Shown: positions 11,653 to 24,558, numbered from the whole stretch's first letter. The stretch is DNA of 63,737 bases, filler included, from Octopus bimaculoides (GCF_001194135.2; 8 parts of 6 records of this genome joined end to end with filler, not necessarily neighbours in it); one strand, 5' to 3'. Made by a program: numbers and translations. The notes: generated by a model not told the origin, from the sequence alone.

Positions 11653-12009
11653 TTTGACCAGATATGACTGGCTTCAATGTTTAAGTGTTAAAGAAAGATT
11701 CATTTCAATCTATATCCTTTGTATTTATCTTTTAGTTGTTTCAGTCATTGGACTGCAGCCATGCTGGAGCACCATATTGAAGGGTTTAGTCAAAGAAATT
11801 GATCTCAATACTTAGTTTTAACACTTTGATTGTGTAATTAAATTTCCTGGTCATTCTCATAATGATGTTAATTATTCATCAAAAATAGAATTGATATTTT
11901 TTACTTCAGCAATACTTTTTCAATATCTCCTGTATGTACAGTTTTCATATCCATCACTAAAAGTATTTGATTTTTGTTTTATAAAGAGATATTTGATTAA
12001 ATATATTTT

Positions 12010-12229
12010 ATCTTTTCTCTGTTACTTGTTTCAGTCATTAGACCGTGGCCATGCTGGGGCACCACCTTGAAGAATTTTTAGTTGAATGAATTGACCTCAG
12101 TACTTCTTTATAGTTGTTAAGCCTGGTACTTGTTCTATCAATCCCTTTTGCCAAACTGTTAAGTTAGAGGAACATAAACACACCAACACTGGTTGTCAAG
12201 TGGTGGTGGGGGACAAACACAGACACAAA

Positions 12230-12262
<33 letters not shown>

Positions 12263-12670
12263 CAGGTTTCTTTCAGTTTCTTATTTCTTTACTGCCCACA
12301 AGGGGCTACACATAGAGGGGACAAACAAGGACAGACAAATGGATCAAGTCAGTTATATTGACCCCAATGCGTAACTGGTATCTATTTAATTGACCCTGAA
12401 AGGATGGAAGGCAAAGTCAACCTCAGTGGAATTTGAACTCAGAAAGTAGCGGCAGATGAAATACCGCTAAGCATTTCACCCGGCGTGCTAATGTTTCTGC
12501 CAGCTCACTGCTTCTTTCAGTTTCTGTCTCCTAAATCCACTAACACAGCTTTGGTTGGCTTGAGGCAATAGTAGAGAAGACTTGCCCAAGGTGTCACACA
12601 GTAGGACTGAACCCAGAACCATGTGGTTGGGAAAAAAAATTCTTACCACACAGCCATACCTGCACCTATA
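12010..12670 (-). mobile_element. SINE C with nested SINE B variant (about 12275-12515)
   Basis: C halves flank a B copy carrying tail X (GTCCTTGTTTGTCCCCTCT). Confidence 0.8.
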
Positions 12671-12939
12671 CGTGAAAAACAAAAAAAAATTAAGAAAATC
12701 TGAAGAATCATCTTTTGTAAAAGGTGTCCCTGGGGATGTCTCCACATCTCACAGCATAAGAAGAAATTTTATTCAAAGTCATGGGGGTAAAACTTCTTTC
12801 CACAGTTAGTAGTAATAAAACTTTGAGCAGATATATCCACTTTTTGCATTCAAAGAGTTACGGTCTCACAGTTATTCTGTTGATCCATTTTGCTGAAGTA
12901 TTTTACCTAACATGCTAAAAATTCTGCCAGCTTGCAGTA

Positions 12940-13155
12940 ATAATCCTTTCTACTAAAGACACAAGGCCTAAAATTAGGAGGAAGAGATAGTTGGTTACAT
13001 TGATCCCAGTACACAACTGGTACTTATTTTATCGATCACAAAAGGATGAAAGGTAAAGTTGGCCTTGTTGGAATTTGAACTCAGACTGTAAAGACATGAA
13101 ATGTCACTAAGCATTTTGTCTGGCGCAATAATTATTCTAACAGCTTGCTGCCTTC
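12940..13155 (-). mobile_element. SINE B
   Basis: Homology to B consensus. Confidence 0.8.
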
Positions 13156-14041
13156 CAGTTCACTGTAATAATAATAACTGGTTATATTGGTATAAGCTGG
13201 TATAGTGTTCAGTTGCCTTGGTGCTATACTGTGTTAGCTTCAAATTTTCTAATGATAAGCATTCTAATGTTAAGTATTCAGTTTTTGTTATATTTCTTTA
13301 CATTCAGCTTTTGAGGCCAAGAAATAAATGCAAAATATTTTTTGAGTAGATAAATCTTTCACTCTTGCTGACTGTGGGAAAATTTATTTCAGTAAAATAT
13401 GCCCTTTACACTGAAAAGATCGTGAACCATTTCCCTTCACTTAAAAAATCTTGGTTATAATAAAGAACAGGTAATGTTAAGATCAAAATTAAAATATTTG
13501 ACTATTATGACTGGTAAATATTTTACTGTTCATGACAACTTTGAATACAAAGCATGACTCATAGACACAATAAATTACTTTTAAATATTTATTTCACACC
13601 ATTTGAATATATCAAAGCACTGCTTCAAAAATATAGATATACATGACTGACCACAATCATAAAACATCTCGATCTTGTTTTTATTTAGATTACTCAGTGA
13701 CTTAGAATACACTATTGTCCTATTTTCCTGAACGGTAACTGCAAACACAAATCCATATCTAAAACAAACTCTTTTCTTTCTTGTTTGTATATTTTTCCTC
13801 ATTCAGCCTTTTTGTTCGATCTAGATAATAATAATAAAAATATTTATTACATAAATTGCTGAAACACATTTTCAGTATTGAAAATGAATGATTCATTTGA
13901 AAGATAAAATAAAGAAGGAAAAATGAGAACAACACTGCATTTATTCAATTAAAAATTTCAGTAAATTTATAATGAAAATAAGATTTCTATGAAAAATCTT
14001 TAAAAGCATAACTTAACATCACACTTAGTGTATGTCAAAAT

Positions 14042-14096
<55 letters not shown>

Positions 14097-14509
14097 GCGC
14101 GCACATTCATGCACGTGCATACACACACACACACTCTCTCTCTCAGCACACACACTCTCTCTCTCTCACACACACACTCACACACAAATAAGGGGGTGGG
14201 ATTCTAAAACACATGTAGTATCACAAAAAATTGAATGTTGGACACAATATTAAGAAAACTGAATGCTAAACTATATATCATAACAAAACGACTCATGTAC
14301 TGAGAAGAGCATTATCGCTGTGAAAACAACATCCATTCATGAATTTATTTGTTTATTAATTTTCTTTAAATACATATTTTACCTGTGAATTTGTGTGTGT
14401 AAACTAGAAATGCATACGATGAGTTTCTCTGCCCTAGGTGTACGGGAAACACTCGGTGAGAAATGGAAGAAAATTTGAAGAAAGAAGAAGAAAAACAATA
14501 ATAATAATA

Positions 14510-15180
14510 ATACAAGGTCTGAAATTTTGGGGGAAGGGACTAGTCAGTTACATCGACCCCAGTGTTTCACTGATACTTAATTTATCAGTCTCATAAGAAT
14601 GAAAAGCAAAGTTGACCTTGGTGGAATTTGAATTCAGAAAGTTGTGACAGGCAAAATACTGCTGAGCATTTTGTCTAACATTCTAATGATTCTGTCAGTT
14701 CACTGCCTTGATAATAATAGTAATAATAATAGTTTCAAATTTCGGTGCAAGGCCAGCAATTTTTGAGGAGAGGATAAGTTGATTACATTGGCCCCAGTAC
14801 TCAACTGGCACTTATTTTAAGTGATCCCGAAAGAATGGAAGTAAAGTCAACCCCAGCGTAATTTGACCTCAGAATGTACAGACAGACAAAATGCCACTAA
14901 GCATTTTGCCTGACATTCTTAACAATTCTGCCAGCTCACCACCTTAATGATAATAATAATCCTTTCTGCTATAAGCGCAAGGCCTGAAATTTTTTTTTTT
15001 TGGAGGGGGAGGGTTAAGTCGATTATATTGAACCCAGTGCTTGACTGGTATTTATTTCATTGACCCTGAAAAGATGAAAGGCAAAAGTCAACCTCATGGA
15101 ATTTGAACTCAGAATGTAGTAACAGGCAAAATACCACTAGGCATTTCATCTAGTATGCTAACAATTCTGCCGGCTCACTG
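14510..15180 (-). mobile_element. Three same-orientation SINE B copies separated by short AAT tracts
   Basis: Copies at about 14510-14710, 14725-14945 and 14960-15180. Confidence 0.85.
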
Positions 15181-15182
15181 CT

Positions 15183-15194
15183 TTAATAATAATG

Positions 15195-15254
<60 letters not shown>

Positions 15255-15257
15255 TTG

Positions 15258-15337
<80 letters not shown>

Positions 15338-15388
15338 TGATAAATAATAATAAAAATATAATAATAATAATAATAATAATAATTGATA

Positions 15389-15443
<55 letters not shown>

Positions 15444-15508
15444 GTAATAATAATGGTAATAATTGATAAATATTAATGATAAAATATAATAACAATAATA
15501 ATAATAAT
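15183..15508. repeat. (AAT)n microsatellite
   Basis: Direct reading. Confidence 0.98.
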
Positions 15509-15552
15509 NNNNNNNNNNNNNNNNNNNNNNNNNNNNNNNNNNNNNNNNNNNN

Positions 15553-15564
15553 TTAATTAATTAA
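15553..15564. other. Assembly gap linker TTAATTAATTAA (also at 23520, 37589, 43427, 54569, 58721, 62598)
   Basis: Identical 12-mer centred in N gaps (44 N each side where counted); stop codons in all six frames. Confidence 0.9.
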
Positions 15565-15655
15565 NNNNNNNNNNNNNNNNNNNNNNNNNNNNNNNNNNNN
15601 NNNNNNNNGCATGGAAGGCGGACGTTAAACGATGATGATGATGATGATGATGATG

Positions 15656-17650
15656 AGAACTGTACAATCCATGTATAGGGATGGTGTCAGTAAGGTGAGG
15701 GTTGGCAATGAGTATAGCATAGAATTCAGGGTACAAATATGGGTACACCAAGGATTAGTCTTCAGCCCTCTCTTGCTCATCATAGCCCTGCAGGCAATAA
15801 CAGAGAAGTTTAAGGCAGGCTACCCCTGGGAGCTCCTCTATGCTAATGACCTTGCTCTTCTAGCTGAATCACTGCCTGCACAACAGAAAAAGTTTTAGGT
15901 GTGGAAGCAAGGTCTAGAATCAAAAGGCCTTAGAGTTAACCTAGCAAAGACCAAAGTCTTAGTAATTAGGAAGGTAGATGGCCCTACTTGACCTGTAGAA
16001 AGGCATAGATAGAAACTCCATAAGAGGTGCAGCAATATTAGAGGAAGATTAACGGGGTACATAGGTTTTGTGTGTGGTAGCTGTACTGGTATAATAAACA
16101 CCAAAAACATACAGACAATAGATTCCGGGGGGAAAACTAGAAATAGTTGATGGCTACTGTTATCTAGGTAACCAAGTCAGTAGCTGGGGTGGATGTTCTG
16201 AGAGCATAACTGCTTGAATAAGAATAGCCTGAGCAAAGTTCAATGAGCTCCTACCTATGCTGGTAACAAAAGGCCTCTTGCTCAGAGTGAAAGGTAGACT
16301 GTATGATACCTGTGTGTGAACAGCCATGCTACATAGCAGTGAAGCATGGGCTGTGACTGCTGAGGACCTACATAGGCTTGTAAGAAAGGAAGCTAATATT
16401 CTCAGCTGGATGTGTGCATACATGACAAGAAAGCATCAGATGTGGTTTGCAAGAGAGGCAACAGCATTGGTGTGGTCATATGTTGTGTATGGATGTGGAC
16501 AGCTGTGTGAAGAAGTGTCACACTTTAACAGTGGAGGGAAACTGGAAGAGGTAGACATGGGATGAGGTGCTGAAGCATGATCTTTGAATTTTGGTCCTCG
16601 CAGAAGCAATGACAAGCAACCAAGACCTTTGGAGATACGCTGTGCTTGAGAAGACCTGTCGAGCCAAGTGAGATTGTAGCCATGGTGTTGTTTAACTGGC
16701 CTGTTAAAACCACTTTTCAATTGTGGGGTGATATGTTGTGCATGTGAAGACCTGTCAAGTGAAATCATAGTTGTAGCCGAAACCAATGCCGTCTGACTGG
16801 TGCCTGTGCTGGTGGCACATAAAGAATAGCCTGGGCAAAGTTCAGAGAGCTCTTACCTCTACTGGTAACAAAGAGCCTCTCACACAGAGTGAAAGGTAGA
16901 CTGTATGATGCATGTGCGCTACACAGCAGTGAAACATGGCTGCTGAGGACATGCGTAGGCTTGAAAGAAATGAAGCTAGTATGCTTCGCTGGATGTGTAA
17001 TGTTCGTGTGCATACATGACAGAGTGTAAGCACCCTGAGAGAAAAGTTGGACATAAGAAGCATCAGACGACTGTGCTGGTATGGTCATGTGTTGTGTATA
17101 GATGAGGGCTGCTGTATGAAGAAGTGCCATACCCTAATAGGGAAGTGGTAGACCCAAGAAGACTTGAGATGAGGTGGTGAAGAATGACCTTCGAGCATTA
17201 GGCCTCACAGAGACCTTTGGAGATATGTTGTGCTTTAGAACAGCTGGCAAGCCAAGTGAGATTATAGCGATGGCCAGTGCCAGTGTCATAACTGGCCCAT
17301 TTAAAAACACCCTTCAATCATTACGCGATATGCAGTGCCTGTGAAGACCAGTTGAACCAGGTGAGATCATAGTCCTGGCCGATGCCAGTGCTGTCTGACT
17401 GGCAGCACATAACAAGCATCATTCAAGCATGGCCGATGCCAGGGCTACCTAACTGGCTCTCGTGCCGGTGGCACATAAAAAGCACCCACTACACTCAGAG
17501 AGTGGTTGGTGCTAGGAATGGCATCCAACTGTAGAAACTTTGGCAAATCAGATTGAAGCTTGGTGCAGCCTCCCAGCTTGCCCATCCTCATTCAAACCAT
17601 CCAACCCATGCCAGCATGGAAATCAGATGTTAAACAATGATGATGATATA
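15656..17650 (+). mobile_element. RTE-clade LINE, 5'-truncated and degenerate (RT, 3' UTR, (GAT)n tail)
   Basis: VRVGNEYSIEFRVQIWVHQGLVFSPLLLII...PWELLYANDL (decayed YADD); RT-thumb segment present twice. Confidence 0.88.
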
Positions 17651-17899
17651 NNNNNNNNNNNNNNNNNNNNNNNNNNNNNNNNNNNNNNNNNNNNNNNNNN
17701 NNNNNNNNNNNNNNNNNNNNNNNNNNNNNNNNNNNNNNNNNNNNNNNNNNNNNNNNNNNNNNNNNNNNNNNNNNNNNNNNNNNNNNNNNNNNNNNNNNNN
17801 NNNNNNNNNNNNNNNNNNNNNNNNNNNNNNNNNNNNNNNNNNNNNNNNNNNNNNNNNNNNNNNNNNNNNNNNNNNTATATATATATATATATATATATA

Positions 17900-19042
17900 T
17901 ATTGGGTCATCCCATAAATAATGCAGTTTTTACAATTGCATGAACAAAAATTGGAGGGGGATGGGATAAACTACCTGCATCGACTTGCTATAAAAGTTGG
18001 TAGTAATTTTGATGAGTGCAGTTCGATTTTAACAGTGATTTTTTTTTCTTTTCAAAGCTATAAAAGAAGTGACAAAGGAGCATATTTGGCATATTTTGCT
18101 TTATGAGTTCACTTAAAGCAATAACACAATGGAAAGTGCAAGGAATATTAATGCAGTATATTGGGGATCAGACAATAAGTGTAAGCCAGTGTCAACGGTG
18201 GTTCCAGAAACTACAGCCTAGAAGACAAACCTCATCCTGAAAAATCTGTAGAGCTCAACAAAGCTGTTTTGCAAACTCCGGTGGAACAAAATCTCATCAT
18301 AACTGTCAAACTATCAGAGAAGCTTGGATTTGGTCATTCAATCATTCATCGACACCTGTGTACCATCGGAAAAGTCAGCAAATTGTGTCAATGGGTTCCT
18401 CACAAACTTACTGAGTTTTATATTGCATGCGGACAGTGAATTTCAGTTCTTTTCTGTCACATCACACCAATGAACCTTTTCTTGGGGTGGTGGGGACTGA
18501 ATAGTAAATGGTAATGAGAAATAACTTCTCTACAAAAATGTCTAGCACTGAAGACAGTGGTTAGGGAAAGGAGAAACAGTGGCACCCCATGCTAAAGAAG
18601 GCCTTTACTCATGTCAGGTGTTGTTATCTGTTTGGTGGGATATGAAAGGTTTAGTCCATTTTGAACTTTTAAACCCACACTAAATGATAACAAAGGAGAT
18701 CTACTGTAAGCAACTCGAGCAGCTAAAGTCAGCGCTAGAAGAAAAACGATCATCTTTGGGTTCAAGATGAAATGCTCAGCCACATACAGCAAGGATGACA
18801 TCTCAAAGGCTGGAGCAGTTTGAGTGGGAAACAAAGCCCCACCCACCATATTCGCCGGACATTGTCCTGTCTGATTATCATTTATTCCAGTCTGCAAAAT
18901 CATTTGGATGGAGAAAATATGAATTCTGTAGACGAGGTTAGAATAGTATTGGAGGGTTGTTTTTCGGCAAGGACAATTGATTTTGGAAGAGGGACATTGC
19001 AAGTCTACTAGATAGATGGAAGAGCATTGTAGAAAATGAAAG
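17900..19042 (+). mobile_element. Mariner (DD34D) transposon relic
   Basis: TIR TATTGGGTCATCCCATAA after (TA)n; SVWWDMKGLVHFELL, HPPYSPDIVLSDYHLF, QNHLDGENMNSVDEVR motifs; 3' end abuts an RTE. Confidence 0.88.
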
Positions 19043-20660
19043 ATGCCCTTCCTAACACCAACCACTCCAAGAGTGTAGTGGGTGCTTTTTACATGCCACC
19101 AGCACAGGAGCCATCAGGCAGCACTGGCATCGACCACAACTATGATTTTGCTTGACTCAACAGATCTTCTCAGCCATAGCATATTGCCCAACGATTGATG
19201 GGTACTTTTAAACAGGCTGGTTATGCAACACTGGCATCATCCATGGCTATGATCTCACTTGGCTTGCTGGCTCTTCTCAAGCACAACATATCTCCAAAGG
19301 TCTCAGTTGTTTGTTATTACCTCTGCGAGGCCCTTAGTCACCAGCAGAGGTAGGAGATCTCTGAACTTTGCCCAGGCTATTCTTCTTCTAGCAGCTACAC
19401 TCTCAGAGCTTCCACCCCTGTTACTGACTTGGTCACCTAGGTGACAGAAGCTATCAACTGCTTCTAGTTTTCCCCCCTGACATGTGATGGAATTTGTTTT
19501 CTGTACATCTTCAGTGTTTAATGCCCTTGTGCATATGCCACACACAAATACTATCTTCCCAGTTAACCTTTCTTTGATATTGCTGCACCTTGCTTTGCAG
19601 CATCATTAAATGCAAGTAAGCCATCATCCATGTGGACAATGTTTCTCTCCTATGACATCATGATTCTCTATCACACACTGTCTTGCAATATGAAACACTT
19701 CGAGTCTCTGGTCCTCACAATGCAGAATGGTGACAACTTTTTTTATTATCTGCTTCCCCTCTCGCTAAGTAAATCTGTTTCCTAGCTACTTTTCTGGTGA
19801 TCTGATACAGTTCCCTGCTACCGCCACACTTCCAGTTCTTCCATACCTGTTTATTTTCCTAACGGCCCTGTCAACTACATTGTTCCACCACCACATTACC
19901 TTAGGTCGAGAGGCGACTTTGCTCTAGCCCTCAACAGGTTGTCCTCTAAGAACCTTTCACATTATATGATCTTATATCGTCCTCCTTTTTGTTAAAAGCT
20001 TCAAGTAGTATGTCTTTAAATCTCCATCCATTCAGAGGATCCTTAAGCTTCCAGACCCTTTTTTTTCCATGCTGGTCATCTTTTGGGCAACCATTTAACC
20101 CTGATCCTGAAGTCTTTAACTACTAACATATGTTGTGGGTTGCATTCTTCACCTGAGAAAGTTTTGGCATTTATAAGTAGCCATCTTTCTTGTTTCCTGG
20201 AAAGAATGTAGTCAATATTACTAGCGTAGTCACCAGACTAGTAGGTGAACAGATGACTCGCAGGTTTCCTGAAGTTAGTATTACAAATCATAAGATCATT
20301 TGCATCACAGAACTTCAGCATCCTTTGCCACCATGTACACCATGGCAGCACACTGAATGTTGTCCAACATGCCTGTTGAAGTTACCAGCCACAAAAAGGT
20401 CTCTGTCATTCATCAACAAAGTGGTCTGCAAGAGGGTGTCATAAAATCAGTCTTTCTGTTCATCAGGTAGCCCTGGCTGAGGAGCATAGGCCAAGATAAT
20501 GGTTACTAATCCATGTTGCAACACTAGTCTAAGCTTAAATATTCTATCACAGACTCTGACTACTTCGATCACCTTATCAACCCATTTCTCCCTACCCAGA
20601 AAATCTTATACCTATGTTCTTTGCCTGTGAAGAACCTAGAACTTCCTCTCCAACTTACTT
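19043..20660 (-). mobile_element. RTE-clade LINE relic (APE to RT, internally deleted)
   Basis: GGKLEAVDSFCHLGDQVS...RIAWAKFRDLLPLLVTKG; APE-like YAPQPGLPDEQK at about 20450-20490; same family as 15656-17650. Confidence 0.85.
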
Positions 20661-20689
20661 CTTAGATGCAGCACAGATCTGAACTTCCA

Positions 20690-20830
20690 CACAGTTTCCA
20701 TCTACTAAATTCACTGACAAGTCATTGGTCCACTCTGGGCTGTAATAGATGACACTCGTCTAAGGTATTGCACAGCGGGACTGACCCTAAAACCATGTGG
20801 TTGCAAAGCAAGCTTCTTCACCACACATCC
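20690..20830 (-). mobile_element. SINE C head fragment
   Basis: AACCATGTGGTTGCAAAGCAAGCTTCTTCACCACAC. Confidence 0.7.
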
Positions 20831-21229
20831 ATGCTGGCACACACATGCACATGCACACACATATATACATGCACAGGCACACACACTTACACAAACATAC
20901 ATGCACACACACACACACTTGCACACACATGCACGCTCACATACACACTCACACACACACTCGCACACACACATGTGAAACAACAGTGGTCTTATTGTGA
21001 TGTCTACTCGGATATCTAGTGGTTCAATTTTGAATCTGCTATGTTACAGGCCCCAGGGCAAATCAATAGTATTCATTTATTGATTGCAAGCCATGATATA
21101 CATAGATCATAAATGGGTTACTAGACCTGTGAGATCCCTGTGTACTCATGCCTCAAGATGGTACTGGTGTCAACTGTCAATCAAACACCCACAGACAGTT
21201 ACTACAAGTTGTTAAGGAAAATGACATCA

Positions 21230-21725
21230 TTGACAAGGATCATGTGCATAGATGGATAGAGAAGTTTAAAGAAGGGGAAAGAAGTATTGAAGACAAACCA
21301 TATACTTTGAATTGCAGCCACTGACATGAATTGCCAATGAGTGGACAAATAGATTTCCATAGAGAGGCAAGTCACAATCTGTAAGCTTGCTGCATAACTG
21401 GAGTGTATTGCAGTTCATTATAGAAGATGGTGGAACATTTTGAGTATTGTAAAGTATGTAGAAATTGGGTAGCTCAGTATGCATTCTAGAATCAATGATC
21501 AGCTAAGAAAGTCATAGTGAGTGTCTTCGAGGATGACACAGGCATCATCCTCCTTGATTTTCTGGAATGTAATGAAACTGAACAGAAAAGCCATTAGGAA
21601 GAAGAGACCAAACAAGAGTCTGAAAAATGAATCATATATGCCATGAAGATGTGTAATCAAGCACTCTTTTTCAACTTATCAGGCAATATGCAATTTGGGT
21701 TGGTAAGTTGTCCCCCATCCATTGT
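21230..21725 (+). mobile_element. Highly decayed mariner transposase relic
   Basis: VHRWIEKFKEGERSIEDK (HTH) and KVIVSVF..GIILLDFLE. Confidence 0.6.
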
Positions 21726-21728
21726 ACG

Positions 21729-22050
21729 CAGAGCTGGATTAACCATTAAACAAAATAAGCATGTGTTCAGGACATCAAGGAAGGCAGGGGACACCACAGA
21801 AATGGTAAATGGTTTATGGAAAAAGAGAAATGACTTTAAACTTGATAAAATAATATTTGGGATGCCTTATCTCAACTAAGTACAGAAGAAGATGTGTTAG
21901 GTAAGATTAACTTTCAGAATCTGTTCAAAGACTCCAATACAAAAAAGTAGAAGAAAATTTTTCAAATATAAATAAAGTGGAAATATACAAAAATAAACGT
22001 TATTTTCCTTCAAATTGTTTTGTTTCATTTTGAAAAACAAAAGTTTATTT
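21729..22050 (+). mobile_element. hAT-derived non-autonomous fragment
   Basis: CAGAGCTGGATTAACC end; DALSQLSTEEDVLGKINFQNLFKDSNTKK* resembles the hAT C-terminal dimerisation domain. Confidence 0.5.
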
Positions 22051-22519
22051 TATTATTTATTATNNNNNNNNNNNNNNNNNNNNNNNNNNNNNNNNNNNNN
22101 NNNNNNNNNNNNNNNNNNNNNNNNNNNNNNNNNNNNNNNNNNNNNNNNNNNNNNNNNNNNNNNNNNNNNNNNNNNNNNNNNNNNNNNNNNNNNNNNNNNN
22201 NNNNNNNNNNNNNNNNNNNNNNNNNNNNNNNNNNNNNNNNNNNNNNNNNNNNNNNNNNNNNNNNNNNNNNNNNNNNNNNNNNNNNNNNNNNNNNNNNNNN
22301 NNNNNNNNNNNNNNNNNNNNNNNNNNNNNNNNNNNNNNNNNNNNNNNNNNNNNNNNNNNNNNNNNNNNNNNNNNNNNNNNNNNNNTACAGTAATACACCT
22401 GTTTCTGTCCCCATTTTTGATCACTTTCTCTCTGAAGTGGTATCTCCTCTACAGCAAGACACCTGTTTCTGTTTCTCTGTCACACTAACTTTTCATATCC
22501 TGGCATAAGGTCACCTCCT

Positions 22520-22820
22520 TCAATTAACCCTTCACTCTCAAATGATCTTTGTCTTGCAAGTTGCTTGGTGACCCAGCCATGAAAAAAGCATCCAGTCCAC
22601 ATTGTAAAATGGTTGGCATTTGGAAGGGCATCCAACTGTAAAACTACGCCAAAACTGATCTCACCTGTGCTGGTGCCAGATAAAAAGCACTCGGTCCACT
22701 CTGCAGGGTGGGTAGTGTTAAGAAGAGCATCCAGCCGTAAAAATCTTGCTAAAACAGACAGCGCGTAGCAAACCATCCAACCCATGCTAGCATGGAAAGC
22801 AAACATTAAATGATGATGAC
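22520..22820 (+). mobile_element. RTE-tail SINE / RTE 3' end
   Basis: GGGCATCCAACTGTAAAAC...AACCATCCAACCCATGCTAGCATGGAAAG...AAATGATGATG. Confidence 0.7.
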
Positions 22821-23029
22821 TATTTGAGAATTTGGTTCAATGATAGAGTGAATACATCACTTGTGGAGTAGCCTTGCTTAGAGGAAGAGTTACCCTATCC
22901 ATCATCAGCAATTTGAATGAGCTTTGTCAGTTAATAATAAAGCCGTATCCAATTTTGCACCACTTTTGGTCTAACTCTAACATTTGAGTCAATGCATGTA
23001 TGTATACACATGGATATACAAACAAACAG

Positions 23030-23475
23030 ATAGATAGATTTCTTTATTAGCCACACAGGGCTGGACACAGATGGGACAAATACAATGTAGAGTTTTTCTT
23101 TTCGAGGGGGGCGAAAACAAAGTAAAAAAAAACAAAAGTAGGGACAACGATTAAAAGGAATCGAAATCGTCTGGGATATATACAAAAATTAAAATAATAC
23201 AAAAAGTTCTCAAGAAATGGGGAGGTTTGTCCGTGGAAAGAAAAATCTACGAAAAGACCACGATAACCTCGGGCAATAATCTTACATGTTAATAGATTTA
23301 TTTACACAAGGTAAGTAACTCTGCTGTAAAATTTTTCCGTTTCATAGGATCATGCTCAAGGTGACTTCGTTATTTATACGTGCCATCCTTGCTACATTCA
23401 CCCATCTTTTTGGGAAACATTCATGAGACAACACTTGCCTCTCGACTCTCACCTTCCTTTTCAAGTGATACTTGA
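23030..23475 (-). mobile_element. L1/Tx1-clade LINE 3' end
   Basis: KYHLKRKVRVERQVLSHECFPKRWVNVARMARIN, homologous to 43482-43805; AATAAA and (TCTA)n tail. Confidence 0.75.
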
Positions 23476-23709
23476 NNNNNNNNNNNNNNNNNNNNNNNNN
23501 NNNNNNNNNNNNNNNNNNNTTAATTAATTAANNNNNNNNNNNNNNNNNNNNNNNNNNNNNNNNNNNNNNNNNNNNAATGATCGTACACAGACCGAATTTT
23601 AAATCCAGCAAATTTCTTTAAATTTGCTGGACCTTTGTAGGGTTTATTAAAATTTTTGGGGTTCTGTTTTTTTTTGTTTGTTTTTTTTTTTCGTGGGACG
23701 AGGGTCACC

Positions 23710-24543
23710 CTGCATTATCGTCTAAATTGCGCAAAAATGAAAACAATACTGACATCTCATTTTCACAAATACATTTACCAAAGTTAAATTAAATTATCTT
23801 GAAATACTAAATAGTAAATTTATTCAATAAAATCACCATTGGTTTCAACCACAGACTGCAGACGACTCCGGAATCTCCTGCAACTCTTCCTTGTTTAAGT
23901 TGGTGAATGCTGCCATAATCCTTGCCTTCAGTTCATCTTTCGTGTTACAAGGAGTTTTGTCGATCTCTCAAATGCGTCCCACGCATAATAGTCAAGGGAG
24001 TTACAGTCGGGTGAGTTAGGTAGCCAGATGTCAGGGGTAGTGTGACAGCCATGACTGGGTCATTCTGCTTGTGTGGTATGGTGCAGAGTCGTGTTGCCAG
24101 ACATAGGGTCTTCCAGCAACCACCATCTGGGACCAGGACAGCACTACCTCCTCTAAGCACTTGATGTAGGCCTTCATGTTGAGTCTGAAGTCGTGTGGGA
24201 AGACAAATAGAGGCATAACGTCGACATCACTAGTGATCACTCCACACATCATGCCGTACCTTCGTAATCACCAAGAGACTCAACCAACTCTTTCCGAATC
24301 TTCTGCACTGTCCCCAGACTGACACCTAAACACTTTGAAATGTTCGTATTGGTGCTCCTGGCGTGAATGCCAAGCAGTACAGCATGTCGTTTCCAAATTC
24401 TGGCAAAGTGAAATGCGTCATGGCGCTGTTTTTCTCACAGACGGTGCCCAACTGACCCTACTATATTGTGTAGTCGACAGAATCAAAAACAAACAATGCA
24501 CGAACTTAAAAATATAAAATAACAATTTACCCTTCGCACCCTG
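23710..24543 (-). mobile_element. Tc1/mariner-superfamily (maT/DD37D-like) relic
   Basis: GVITSDVDVMPLFVFPHDFRLN..YIKCLEEVVL..YVWQHDSAPYHTSRMTQSWL; end CAGGGTGCGAAGGG next to (TA)n. Confidence 0.75.
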
Positions 24544-24558
24544 TATATATATATATAT

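Noticed and set aside
15553-15564. Seven identical TTAATTAATTAA islands as a biological motif
   Set aside because: Each sits at the centre of an N gap and has stops in all six frames, so it is a scaffolding linker.
21850-21901. Exon ending TTAG|GTAAGA
   Set aside because: Reading through the site gives a hAT dimerisation-domain-like peptide, so it is better explained as a transposon relic.
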